DNA from: Acidobacteriota bacterium
GTDB taxonomy: Bacteria; Acidobacteriota; Blastocatellia; Pyrinomonadales; Pyrinomonadaceae
Assembly (NCBI GenBank): GCA_019242475.1
Contig: JAFAVK010000078.1
Coordinates: forward strand, 18,809 to 82,808
Direction of reading: 5' to 3'
Length of the DNA stretch: 64,000 bases
The notes under the pieces are model-generated. The model saw only the letters and a list, made by a program, of their open reading frames with translations, had not been told where the DNA came from and made no database searches. Below, piece after piece: positions 1 through 8,927 of this stretch (the stretch's first letter is position 1; every line of letters starts with the position of its first letter). Both the position numbers and the translations under genes were made by a program.

Positions 1-441
1 AGCTACCTTCTGAATAACAAGCTCAGCGCGGAGGAGGCGGCGAGATACGCGGATCGCTCCATCGAGATTGAAGACCGCTTCGAAAACGAAATGACGAAGT
101 CGCACGCGTTGAGCGCGCTCGGGCGCAAGGAGGACGCCCTCGCCGCACGCGATAAAGCGATTGCCAAAGGCAGCCAAATCCAAATCCACAGCTACGGCCG
201 CGGGCTCCAAATCCAGGGGCAGAAGGACGAGGCGCTGGAACTCTTCCGCGACAACGTTAAAAAAGACCCGAACAGCTGGGTCGGGCACAACGACGCGGCG
301 CGCGTCGCCGTGGCAAAGGGCGACTTCGACACGGCAGTCAAAGAGATGAAGCTCGCCGTCGCGGCGGCCCCGGAGTCGCTCAAGTCTCAGCACGCCGACC
401 TCGTCAGGCGTCTGGAAAACAGAGAGGACATCAACAAGTAG
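1..441 (+). CDS. TPR-like helical repeat protein, C-terminal fragment (5' end outside the window)
   Basis: Frame 1 is open from base 1 (SYLLNNKLSAEEAARYADRSIEIEDRFENE...) and continues into the listed ORF 91..441. The sequence is Ala/Lys/Glu-rich helical repeats ending ...DLVRRLENREDINK. From memory this resembles the TPR tail of DUF2911-type proteins. Confidence 0.5.
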   Translation, partial: SYLLNNKLSAEEAARYADRSIEIEDRFENEMTKSHALSALGRKEDALAARDKAIAKGSQIQIHSYGRGLQIQGQKDEALELFRDNVKKDPNSWVGHNDAARVAVAKGDFDTAVKEMKLAVAAAPESLKSQHADLVRRLENREDINK

Positions 442-472
442 AGTTGTCAGATAGGAAGACGGGAGGACTCGG

Positions 473-910
473 ATGAAGGCTGCCCTACTCTTCGCCGGAT
501 TGATTTGCATTGTGCTGTTTGGCTTCTCCGCCCGGGCCGGCCGTCCCGGCGACGGCAACTCCCCTTCGGGCGCGCCGAGGACGGTCGTCGCCCGCGAATG
601 GAAAGGCCGCGTCGCGCCGGCACGCGCCGAAGAGTATTACCGGTACCTCCTCGAAGGGGTGACGAAGATTCGCTCCACGCCCGGCAGTCTCGGCGTCCAA
701 GTGATGCGCCGGGACGAGGCGGGCGCGGTCGAATACACCGTGATCTCTTACTGGGAGTCGCGGAAAGCGATTGAGGCATTTGCCGGGCAGGATATCGAAA
801 AGCCTCACCACCTCCCCCGAGACAGGGAGTTTCTACTCGAACTCCCGACGCGCGTGCTGCACTACGACGTGACCTACGCCGACCTGGCGCAGGTCGGGGT
901 CGCCCGGTAG
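473..910 (+). CDS. Secreted ABM-domain protein (antibiotic-biosynthesis-monooxygenase-like fold)
   Basis: 145 aa. Hydrophobic N-terminus MKAALLFAGLICIVLFGFSARA, then about 100 aa with an ABM-like pattern (VVAREWKGRV...YYRYLLEGVTKIRSTPGSLGVQVMRR...EYTVISYWESRKAIEAFAG). Confidence 0.65.
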   Translation: MKAALLFAGLICIVLFGFSARAGRPGDGNSPSGAPRTVVAREWKGRVAPARAEEYYRYLLEGVTKIRSTPGSLGVQVMRRDEAGAVEYTVISYWESRKAIEAFAGQDIEKPHHLPRDREFLLELPTRVLHYDVTYADLAQVGVAR

Positions 911-1069
911 GCTCGGCTCGCGACCGTCTTGCGTCGGGCGCCCGTGTATGTCAGTCTGGCAATATACTTCGCGTACGAAGCGCGGGGGCGCGGTCACATG
1001 GGGGGCGAAGCCAGCTATGCACGGAACTCGGATGTACGAGCCGCTTGAGGGGCGCGGGCGCACCCCTCG

Positions 1070-1936
1070 ATGAACGAAACTTTACGGGCGAATCCTCCCC
1101 GGCCCTCCCGCCGGGGCCTGAGCTACGCCGTCTGCACGCAATTCCTCTTCATGCACCTGGCCTGCCTGCTCGCGTTCTGGACGGGCGTGAGCGCCGCGGC
1201 GGTCGCCGTCTGCCTGCTGCTCTACGTCGTGCGCATGTTCGCCATCACCGCCGGGTTCCACCGCCTCTTCTCGCACCGCTCGTACAGGACGGGCCGGCCC
1301 TTCCAGTTCGCGCTGGCGTTCGTGGGGACGACCAGTTACCAGAAGGGGCCGCTCTGGTGGTCGGCGCACCACCGCCGCCACCACCTCCACGTCGATACCG
1401 AGGAGGACTTGCACTCGCCCGTGATGCGCTCCGTGTGGCAGTCGCACGTCGGGTGGTTCCTCTCGCACGAGAGTCAGGCGACGGACGTGAGGCTCATCCC
1501 CAACCTGCTCAAGTACCGTGAGCTGCGCTGGCTGGATAAGTTCTACGTGCTGCCGCCCTTGATGCTGGCGGCCTTCACCTTCCTGCTGGGGCTGCTGCTC
1601 GGCCGTTACTTCCCCGGCGCAGGCACTTCCGGCTGGCAGATGTTGGCCTGGGGGTTCTTCGTCAGCACGGTGCTGCTCTACCACGGCACCTTCACGGTCA
1701 ACTCGGTCGCGCACCTCTTCGGGGGCCGCCGCTTCGAGACGGCGGACAACAGCCGCAACAACCTCCTCGTCGCGCTCATCACGCTCGGCGAGGGCTGGCA
1801 CAACAACCACCACCACTACCCTTCGTCCGAGCGCCAGGGCCTCTACTGGTGGGAGGTGGACGTCTCGCACTACGCGCTCCGGGCGCTCTCGTGGGCCGGG
1901 GTCGTGCGCGACCTGAGGACGCCGCCTAAAGGCTAG
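1070..1936 (+). CDS. Membrane fatty-acid desaturase (acyl-CoA/acyl-lipid delta-9 type)
   Basis: 288 aa with the three histidine boxes of this family (HRLFSHRS, HRRHHLH, HNNHHHYP) and several hydrophobic spans. Confidence 0.9.
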   Translation: MNETLRANPPRPSRRGLSYAVCTQFLFMHLACLLAFWTGVSAAAVAVCLLLYVVRMFAITAGFHRLFSHRSYRTGRPFQFALAFVGTTSYQKGPLWWSAHHRRHHLHVDTEEDLHSPVMRSVWQSHVGWFLSHESQATDVRLIPNLLKYRELRWLDKFYVLPPLMLAAFTFLLGLLLGRYFPGAGTSGWQMLAWGFFVSTVLLYHGTFTVNSVAHLFGGRRFETADNSRNNLLVALITLGEGWHNNHHHYPSSERQGLYWWEVDVSHYALRALSWAGVVRDLRTPPKG

Positions 1937-1952
1937 AAGTGCGCCCGCACTT
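1937..1952 (+). terminator. Small hairpin directly after the desaturase stop codon
   Basis: AAGTGC-gccc-GCACTT, a 6-bp perfect stem with a 4-nt loop, starts one base after the TAG at 1934..1936. No U-tract follows, so it is weak as an intrinsic terminator. Confidence 0.3.
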
Positions 1953-1986
1953 CCCGCCCCCCCGTAAGGCCGGCACTAAAAAACTC

Positions 1987-2016
1987 TTGACAAAAGTATC
2001 CGCGGGGCAATATTGT
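1987..2016 (+). promoter_or_regulatory. Sigma70-like promoter candidate for the ROK regulator gene
   Basis: TTGACA (1987..1992), 18-nt spacer, TATTGT (2011..2016), in an AT-richer patch. The ORF-track TTG start at 2013 lies inside this -10 element, which favours the in-frame GTG at 2046 (preceded by AAGGCGG) as the true start. Confidence 0.35.
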
Positions 2017-3269
2017 CCGCACGCCGAACAAAAGGCGGCCTACCCGTGCGTAAGATAAACACTACGGATTTCAACATCGCCACCCGCACGACCGCGCGCG
2101 ACATCAATCGGCGCATCGCGCTCAACCTCATCCGCGAGCACCAGCCCATCTCGCGCGCCGACCTCGCCCGGCGCATGAAGCTGACGCGCGGCGTGGTGAG
2201 CGTCCTCGTGCAGGAACTACTCGAACAGGAGGTGATCTACGAGGGCGCGACCGGGGAGGCGGCGCGGGGACGAAAGCCGACCTTCCTCTACGTCAGAACT
2301 CAGAATCGTTTGGCGGTCGCGGTGGACATCAGATTCAGCAAGACCTACCTCATGCTGTGCGACCTCTCGGGCAGACAACTCGGGATGGAGATTTACGACA
2401 CCGTCTTTTCGTTCCCCGCCTTTGTGAAGGACTTGGCCGGGCGCATCAAGAAAATGCTGCACAGCCGCGGCGCGCACGCCGACTGCGAGGGCGTCGGCGT
2501 CGTCGTCCCCGGGATGGTTGACCATCTGACCGGGAGGATTCTGAACGCCCCGGCGCTGGGCTGGCGCGACGTGGACATCCGCCAGAAGTTGGCGGCGGCG
2601 ACGGGGCTGCCGGTGCACATAGAGAACTCGGGCCGGGCCTGCGCGCTCGCGCACCTGTGGCTCGAAAAGGCAGAGACGGCCGGCCACAGCTTCGTCTACG
2701 TGAACGTGTCCGACGGCGTCGGCACCGGCATCGTCATCAACGGCGAGTTGATTCGCGGGCACGATCACGTGGCCGGCGAGTTCGGGCACATGCCCATGAA
2801 CCTCGACGGGCCGCGCTGCATGTGCGGCGCGAACGGCTGTTGGGAAGCCTACATTTCGAACCTCGCTACCCTGGCACGTTATTTCGGGTGGACTTTGTCC
2901 CAGTTCAGTCCAAAACAGCTGAAGGAGCTGGAGGCGAAGTCCTTCACGATCCTCGACCTCATCGCGCGCGCGCGCGCCGGCGACGCGAAAGCCCTGGGCG
3001 CGGTGCGTACCAGCGGGCGCTTCCTGGGGCTGGGGCTGGCGGCCGTCGTCAACATCATCAACCCCGACTGCGTGTACCTGGGCGGGGAGATTACGAGCGC
3101 GTGGGATTTAATCGAAGACGCGGTGCGCGCGGCCCTGGCCGAGCGGACGCTGACGGCGGCGGCGGCACGCACGCCGCTGCGCATCACGACGGCGCAGGAG
3201 TATCCGCGACTGCGCGGCGCCGCCGCGCTGATCGCGGCGCCGACTTTCGCCGCGCCGAGGGTGGCTTAG
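2013..3269 (+). CDS. ROK-family transcriptional regulator (NagC/XylR type); true start possibly GTG at 2046
   Basis: N-terminal winged-helix region (ARDINRRIALNLIREHQPISRADLARRMKLTRGVVSVLVQEL). ROK sugar-binding body with the glycine-rich signature (VNVSDGVGTGIVINGELIRGHDHVAGEFGHM) and the Zn motif CMCGANGCWE. Confidence 0.9.
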   Translation: MSARRTKGGLPVRKINTTDFNIATRTTARDINRRIALNLIREHQPISRADLARRMKLTRGVVSVLVQELLEQEVIYEGATGEAARGRKPTFLYVRTQNRLAVAVDIRFSKTYLMLCDLSGRQLGMEIYDTVFSFPAFVKDLAGRIKKMLHSRGAHADCEGVGVVVPGMVDHLTGRILNAPALGWRDVDIRQKLAAATGLPVHIENSGRACALAHLWLEKAETAGHSFVYVNVSDGVGTGIVINGELIRGHDHVAGEFGHMPMNLDGPRCMCGANGCWEAYISNLATLARYFGWTLSQFSPKQLKELEAKSFTILDLIARARAGDAKALGAVRTSGRFLGLGLAAVVNIINPDCVYLGGEITSAWDLIEDAVRAALAERTLTAAAARTPLRITTAQEYPRLRGAAALIAAPTFAAPRVA

Positions 3270-3397
3270 GTTAGAAGCGCCCGGCGCGGGCGAATACGAA
3301 CACGGGGGTGGGCAGTCTTTAACGGGCAGGGCGACGGCCGCCGGCCGGGCTCCGCGCTGCTTTTCCGGCTCGAATTTCTTCTTCGGAGGTCGCTGAC

Positions 3398-6300
3398 ATG
3401 TTGAGTGCAGGAAATTTCGGCTTGAGAAAGATTCACCTCGCCGTGCTGTTCGTGATGCTCGCCGTGCCCCTGACGGCCGTCGCGCAAGTAACTACCGCCA
3501 CGATAGTCGGCACGGTCACCGACCCGAGCGGCTCCAACGTGCCCGGCGCCCAGGTCACCGCACGCAACGTGGACACCGGCCTCACCCGCACCGTGACCTC
3601 CGGGGAGGAGGGCGGGTACCGGATCGAGTTCCTGCCGGTGGGCAAGTACGACATCGAGGTCAGCTTCTCCGGCTTCAAGCGGGCGCTCGTCAGCGGCGTC
3701 GTCCTCCAGGTCAACGACACGGCCCGCGTGGACGCGCAACTCTCCGTCGGGGAGGTCAGCGAGACCGTGACGGTCTCGGAATCGATGCAGCCCGAGGTCA
3801 ACACCAGCACGCCCGAGATCGGGCGCACCATCCAGGCCGCCGAAATCAACAGCCTCCCGCTGGTCGAGCGCAACGTCTACACGCTGCTCGACCTGACGCC
3901 GGGCGTGCAGTCGAACAACAACGGCGTGGCCGCCGCCTCCACCGGCACCAGCTCGCTCATCCTCGGCTTCCCCGAGCAGCGCACGCTAATCAACGGCGGC
4001 GTGGACGGCGGGACGGGCTCGGTCAACTACTACCTCGACGGCGGCATTAACATGACCGACCTGCGCAACACCGGCAACATCCTGCCGAACCCGGACGCCA
4101 TCCAAGAGTTCCGCGTCCAGACCAACAGCTACAACGCGGAGTACGGCCGCTTCGCCAGCGGCGTCATCAACGTCCTCACCAAGTCCGGCACCAACCAGTT
4201 CCACGGCTCGGCCTTCGAGTACGTGCGCAACGACATCTTCAACGCCAACGACTGGGGCTCCCAACTGGCGAAGGCGCCCTTCCACCGCAACCAGTTCGGC
4301 GCCAACATCGGCGGCCCCATCAGGCACGACAAGACCTTCTTCTTCTTCTCCTACTCGGGCCTGCGCCAGACGACGAGCAGTTTCCTGAACGGCGCCGTCG
4401 TCCCGACCGCCCTGGAGCGCGCCGGCGACTTCAGCGCCTCGGCGACCAAGCCCACCGACCCGGCCACCGGCAAGACCTTCGTCTGCAACGGGGTGACCGG
4501 CGTCATCTGCCCCGGCCGCATCGACCCCGTGGCGCTGAAGATCATCAACCAGTTCATCCCGCTCTCCAACGTGGCGGGGAGCAAGTGGCAGGGCAACATC
4601 CCGAGCCCCTTCAACACCAACGAGTTTCTGACGAAGATCGACCACCAGCTCAACGCCGCCCACCGCCTTACCTTCAGCTACTTCGAGACGGCGGGGACGA
4701 ACACGGTGAAGGCGGGCGGCGGCAACCTGCCGTGGGGCAGCCAGCAGTTCAACTGGCGGCAGCACAACGTCAACGCGAGCGACGTGTGGATCGTCAGCCC
4801 CAACCGGATCAACCAGCTCTGGGCGACCTACACGCGCAACTTCGGCGGCCGCCTGAACCTGCCCGCGACCTCGCTCGGCGACCTGGGCTCGGCCTTCACC
4901 ATCCAGGGCACGCCGTCGCTGCCGCAGATCACCGTCAGCGGCTTCTTCACCCTAACGAACTCCATCGGCGGCCCGACGGCCGGCACCAACTTCTACTCCC
5001 TGCGCGACGTGTTCAGTTGGGTCAAGGGTCGGCACGCCCTCAAGCTGGGCGGGGAAGTCTCGCTCAACAAGGACATCCAGCAGACGCTGCTCAACAACTA
5101 CGGCGTCTTCACCTTCAACAACAGCGTGACCAAGAACGCGCTGGCCGACTTCCTGCTCGGCATCCCGAGCGCCGTCTCGCAGGACGCGCCCGTGACGGGC
5201 TACACCAACAGTTGGTTCACGGCGCTCTTCGCGCAGGACGACTTCCGCGTCCACCCGCGCGTGACGCTCAACCTGGGTCTGCGCTGGGACGTGCAGACGC
5301 CGCCGACCGACCCGCAGAACCGCGTCGTCAACTACGTCCCCGGCCAGAAGTCCACGGTCAACCCCAGCGCGCCCGCCGGGGCGTTGTTCTTCGGCGACCC
5401 CGGGGTCGAGCGCGGCGGCATCCCCGTCAGCTACAGCCACTTCTCCCCCCGCCTCGGCTTCGCGTGGGACGTGTTCGGCGACGGCAAGACCTCCCTGCGC
5501 GGCGCGGTCGGCCTGTTCTACGGCAGCCTCTCGGGTAACGAGTGGAACACGATGACCAACTTCCAGCCCTTCTCGACCCGGCTCACCTTCTCGAACATCA
5601 ACCCCAAGACGGACGCGAACGGGGTGCCGCTCGGGGCGTCGCTCAGCAACCCCTACAGAGCCTTCGTCGGCGGCAACCCGTTCCCCTACAGGGGGCAGTT
5701 CACCACGGGCGGCGGCCTCTTCCCGGTCGCGTCGGACTTCAAGTGGCCCCACTCCATCCAGATGAACCTTTCCGTCCAGCGGCAGTTGACCAGAACCCTG
5801 ACGGTGGGCGCGGCCTACGTCGGCACGCGCAGCTCCAACCTGCCCTTCGCGCGCGACGTGAACTACCCGGTCTTGACGCCGACCGCCACCGCCGCCGGGG
5901 CGAACGTCCTCGCGCGGCGGCCCAACCCGGCCTTCGGCGCGGTGCTGCTCCTGCAATCCGACCAGACCGCCTCCTACGACGCCATGCAGCTCACGAGCAA
6001 CATGCGCATGAGCCGCCACGTCAGCTTCAACGCCTTCTACACCTACAGCAAGACCCTCGACAGCGCGCAGCTTCAGAACAACACCACGCAGGGCGGGGCC
6101 GAGAACTTCAGCAAGCTCTTCTTAGACAAAGGCCGGGCCGACACCGACCAGCGCCACGTCTTCGCCATGAGCATGAATTACCAGCCCGACTACTTCAAGC
6201 GCGGCAGCGTCGCCGCCATGTTCTTCAACGGGTGGAGCATCGCGCCCATCCTCAAGCTGCGCAGCGGCCTCCCGTTCACCGTCACCAACGGCAACGTGGA

Positions 6301-6688
6301 CGCCAACCTCGACGGCAACACCAACGACCGCGCCCAACTGATCGGCGACCCGCACATCAACAACCCGACGGCCCAGATGTGGTTCAACACGGCGGCCTTC
6401 GTCCAGAACAAGGTAGTGACGGGCGTGGCGGTTGACGGCAACGCGCCGCGCAACCTCCTCGACGGCCCGGGCTACCGGAACGTTGACCTCGCCATCTCGC
6501 GCGACTTCCGCCTGGGCGAGCGCTTCAAGCTGCGCTTCCGGGGCGAGGCCACCAACGTCTTCAACATGGTCAGCCTCGGGCAGCCGGGCGCCTCCGTGCC
6601 TTCGGGCGCGACTTCGGCCACCTTCGGCGTCATCACTTCGGCCAGCCCGATGCGCAAGCTTCAGTTCGGCGTGCGGCTGAGCTTCTGA
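3398..6688 (+). CDS. Oar-like TonB-dependent receptor with N-terminal carboxypeptidase-regulatory-like domain
   Basis: 1096 aa. Signal peptide (...AVPLTAVAQV), then a CarboxypepD_reg-like sandwich (TATIVGTVTDPSGSNVPGAQVTARNVDTGLTRTVTSGEEGGYRIEFLPVGKYDIEVSFSGFK). A plug region and a long Gly/Asn/Tyr-rich barrel follow, ending in the OMP-type terminal Phe (...FGVRLSF). Confidence 0.9.
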   Translation: MLSAGNFGLRKIHLAVLFVMLAVPLTAVAQVTTATIVGTVTDPSGSNVPGAQVTARNVDTGLTRTVTSGEEGGYRIEFLPVGKYDIEVSFSGFKRALVSGVVLQVNDTARVDAQLSVGEVSETVTVSESMQPEVNTSTPEIGRTIQAAEINSLPLVERNVYTLLDLTPGVQSNNNGVAAASTGTSSLILGFPEQRTLINGGVDGGTGSVNYYLDGGINMTDLRNTGNILPNPDAIQEFRVQTNSYNAEYGRFASGVINVLTKSGTNQFHGSAFEYVRNDIFNANDWGSQLAKAPFHRNQFGANIGGPIRHDKTFFFFSYSGLRQTTSSFLNGAVVPTALERAGDFSASATKPTDPATGKTFVCNGVTGVICPGRIDPVALKIINQFIPLSNVAGSKWQGNIPSPFNTNEFLTKIDHQLNAAHRLTFSYFETAGTNTVKAGGGNLPWGSQQFNWRQHNVNASDVWIVSPNRINQLWATYTRNFGGRLNLPATSLGDLGSAFTIQGTPSLPQITVSGFFTLTNSIGGPTAGTNFYSLRDVFSWVKGRHALKLGGEVSLNKDIQQTLLNNYGVFTFNNSVTKNALADFLLGIPSAVSQDAPVTGYTNSWFTALFAQDDFRVHPRVTLNLGLRWDVQTPPTDPQNRVVNYVPGQKSTVNPSAPAGALFFGDPGVERGGIPVSYSHFSPRLGFAWDVFGDGKTSLRGAVGLFYGSLSGNEWNTMTNFQPFSTRLTFSNINPKTDANGVPLGASLSNPYRAFVGGNPFPYRGQFTTGGGLFPVASDFKWPHSIQMNLSVQRQLTRTLTVGAAYVGTRSSNLPFARDVNYPVLTPTATAAGANVLARRPNPAFGAVLLLQSDQTASYDAMQLTSNMRMSRHVSFNAFYTYSKTLDSAQLQNNTTQGGAENFSKLFLDKGRADTDQRHVFAMSMNYQPDYFKRGSVAAMFFNGWSIAPILKLRSGLPFTVTNGNVDANLDGNTNDRAQLIGDPHINNPTAQMWFNTAAFVQNKVVTGVAVDGNAPRNLLDGPGYRNVDLAISRDFRLGERFKLRFRGEATNVFNMVSLGQPGASVPSGATSATFGVITSASPMRKLQFGVRLSF

Positions 6689-6711
6689 GGCAGACTGCGG
6701 AACTCGAATCC

Positions 6712-6753
6712 GCGGGGGGCGCGATGCCTTCGCATTTGCATCGCGCCCCCCGC
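6712..6753 (+). terminator. Strong GC-rich hairpin 24 nt after the receptor stop codon (terminator/attenuator candidate)
   Basis: GGGGGGCGCGATGC (6714..6727) pairs perfectly with GCATCGCGCCCCCC (6738..6751), giving a 14-bp stem that is extendable to 16 bp (6712..6753), with a 10-nt loop. There is no clear U-tract. Confidence 0.55.
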
Positions 6754-6780
6754 CCAATCGCCGACGGTCGAAGTCAAGAG

Positions 6781-8124
6781 ATGCTGAACGCGCAACCAGT
6801 CGAAGCGGCGGCGACGACCGAGGCCGGGTTCAAGCTCCGCGGGCTGCGCTGGTGGATCGTCGGGCTCATCTTTCTCGCCACGCTCATCAACTACGTAGAC
6901 CGGCTGACCATCTCCGTCCTGGCCCCGGCCATCACACGCGACCTCGGCCTGACCAACACGGAGTTCGGCGGCATCCTGACCTGGTTCCTGCTGGCGTACA
7001 CCATCAGCCAGGGGCTCTCTGGAAAGCTCTACGACCGCGTCGGCACCAAGCGCGGCTTCGTCTATTCGATCACGCTCTGGTCGTTCGCCGCGATGGCGCA
7101 CGCGTTCGCGCGCGGCCTGGCGAGCCTCAGCGTCTTTCGTTTCGTCCTCGGGCTCGGCGAGGCCGGCAACTGGCCCGGCGCCGCGAAGACCGTGGCCGAA
7201 TGGTTCCCCGTCCGCGAGCGCGCGCTGGGGATGGCCGTCTTCAACAGCGGGGCCGCCATCGGCTCCGTGGTCGCGCCGCCCCTCATCGTCTGGCTCAGCC
7301 TGACCTACGGTTGGCAGACGACGTTCATCGTGACGGGAGCGTTAGGCTTCGCATGGCTGGCGTTGTGGCTCCTCTTTTATCAAACGCCCGACTGTCATAA
7401 GTGGCTGAGCGAGCGGGAACGCAGGCTCATCCGCGAGGGACAGCAGGACGACGACGCGAAGTCTCTTGCCGCGGGACAGTCCGCGCCGCTCGGGTGGCGA
7501 GAGCTGCTTCGCTACCGGGAGGTCTGGGCGATCATCCTGTCGAGGTTTTTGACCGACCCGGTCTGGTGGCTCTACATCAGCTGGCTGCCGAAATATCTCG
7601 CCGACGCGCGCGGCTTCTCGCTGGCTAAGATCGGCCTCTTCGCATGGGTGCCTTACGTCGCCGCCGACGCCGGCAGCCTTTCGGGCGGCTGGCTGTCCGG
7701 CCACTTAATCAAGCGCGGTTGGAGCGTGAACCGCGCGCGGAAGCTCGTCATCCTGATCGCCGCGCTGTTGATGCCCGCCGGCATCTTCGCGGCCTTCGCG
7801 GACGACGCGATGGTCGCGCTCGCTCTAATCGGCGTCGTGCTTTTCGGGTTTCAGGTCTGGATCAACAACGTGCAGACCTTGCCGAGCGATCTCTTCCCCG
7901 ACCGGGCGGTCGCCTCCGTGGCCGGTCTGGGCGGGACGGGCGCCGGCATCGGCTCGATGATTTTCACTTTAGGTACGGGCTGGGTCGTGGATCACTTCTC
8001 CTACGTGCCCGTGCTGGTCGCGGCCGGCCTGCTCGCCCCCTTCGGGACTCTGATTCTGTTCGCGCTTTCGGGTCGCATCGGGCGCGTCCGCCTGAAGCCG
8101 CCGCTGACCGTCGCCGGTAGTTGA
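6781..8124 (+). CDS. MFS transporter, hexuronate/anionic-sugar (ExuT/ACS-like) type
   Basis: Twelve-TM-like hydrophobic pattern. The N-terminal motif LRWWIVGLIFLATLINYVDRLTISVLAP is typical of ACS-family MFS proteins. The ORF opens at 6724, but that ATG sits inside the hairpin stem, so I prefer ATG 6781 (MLNAQPVEAA...). Confidence 0.8.
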   Translation: MLNAQPVEAAATTEAGFKLRGLRWWIVGLIFLATLINYVDRLTISVLAPAITRDLGLTNTEFGGILTWFLLAYTISQGLSGKLYDRVGTKRGFVYSITLWSFAAMAHAFARGLASLSVFRFVLGLGEAGNWPGAAKTVAEWFPVRERALGMAVFNSGAAIGSVVAPPLIVWLSLTYGWQTTFIVTGALGFAWLALWLLFYQTPDCHKWLSERERRLIREGQQDDDAKSLAAGQSAPLGWRELLRYREVWAIILSRFLTDPVWWLYISWLPKYLADARGFSLAKIGLFAWVPYVAADAGSLSGGWLSGHLIKRGWSVNRARKLVILIAALLMPAGIFAAFADDAMVALALIGVVLFGFQVWINNVQTLPSDLFPDRAVASVAGLGGTGAGIGSMIFTLGTGWVVDHFSYVPVLVAAGLLAPFGTLILFALSGRIGRVRLKPPLTVAGS

Positions 8125-8145
8125 AGGCATTTCAAGGGAGCAACT

Positions 8146-8913
8146 GTGGAGACTTCTTTCGACCTGAACGGGAGGGTGGCGCTCGTCACGGGCGCGTCCT
8201 CGGGAATAGGCAGGGCCACCGCCGAGGCTCTGGCCGCGAGCGGCGCGCGGGTAGCCATCAACTTCCACCGCAACCGGGCGGGGGCCGAAGCGGCGCGCGC
8301 GGAGATAGTCGGCCGCGGGGGCACGGCCATCGCGGTTCAGGCGGATGTCACGCGGGCGGGCGAGGTGCAGTCGCTCGTCGAACAGACAAACGCCGAACTC
8401 GGCCCCGTAGACATTTTAGTCAACAACGCCGGCTCGCTGGTCGAGCGCCTGCGGATTCTGGAGCTGACCGAAGAGCGCTGGGACGAGGTGATCGACCTCA
8501 ACCTCAAGAGCGCCTTCCTCTGCTGCAAGGCGGTGGCCGGCTCGATGATGGAACGCCGGGCGGGCGCGATCATCAACGTCTCTTCCATCGCCGGGCGCAA
8601 CGGCGGGGCGCTCGGCTCAATTCATTACTCGGCGGCGAAGGGCGGCCTCATCACTTTCACCAAAGGCTTATCGAAAGAGCTGGCGCCCTTCGGCGTGCGC
8701 GTCAACGCCGTCTCGCCGGGGGTGATCGACACCCCCTACCACGAACAGTTCTCGTCGCCCGAGATGATGAAGACCTACGCGGGCATGATTCCGCTGGGCA
8801 GGGTCGGGACGCCCGCCGAGGTCGGCCAGGTCATCTGCTTCCTCGCCTCAGACGCGGCCGGCTACCTCGTCGGCGAGACGATTGAGATCAACGGCGGCAT
8901 GTTGATGGACTGA
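8146..8913 (+). CDS. Short-chain dehydrogenase/reductase (FabG/KduD-like SDR)
   Basis: 255 aa. Cofactor motif TGASSGIGRA, NNAG, catalytic Ser (NVSSIAG) and YSAAK (YxxxK). Confidence 0.9.
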   Translation: METSFDLNGRVALVTGASSGIGRATAEALAASGARVAINFHRNRAGAEAARAEIVGRGGTAIAVQADVTRAGEVQSLVEQTNAELGPVDILVNNAGSLVERLRILELTEERWDEVIDLNLKSAFLCCKAVAGSMMERRAGAIINVSSIAGRNGGALGSIHYSAAKGGLITFTKGLSKELAPFGVRVNAVSPGVIDTPYHEQFSSPEMMKTYAGMIPLGRVGTPAEVGQVICFLASDAAGYLVGETIEINGGMLMD

Positions 8914-8927
8914 TGATCGGGAGCCAG

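Noticed and set aside
6724-6780. ATG 6724 as the start of the MFS transporter.
   Set aside because: This ATG lies inside the 14-16 bp hairpin stem that follows the receptor gene. The added 19 residues are non-hydrophobic and Pro/Arg/His-rich. ATG 6781 yields a typical ACS-family N-terminus. The choice is unproven without N-terminal data.
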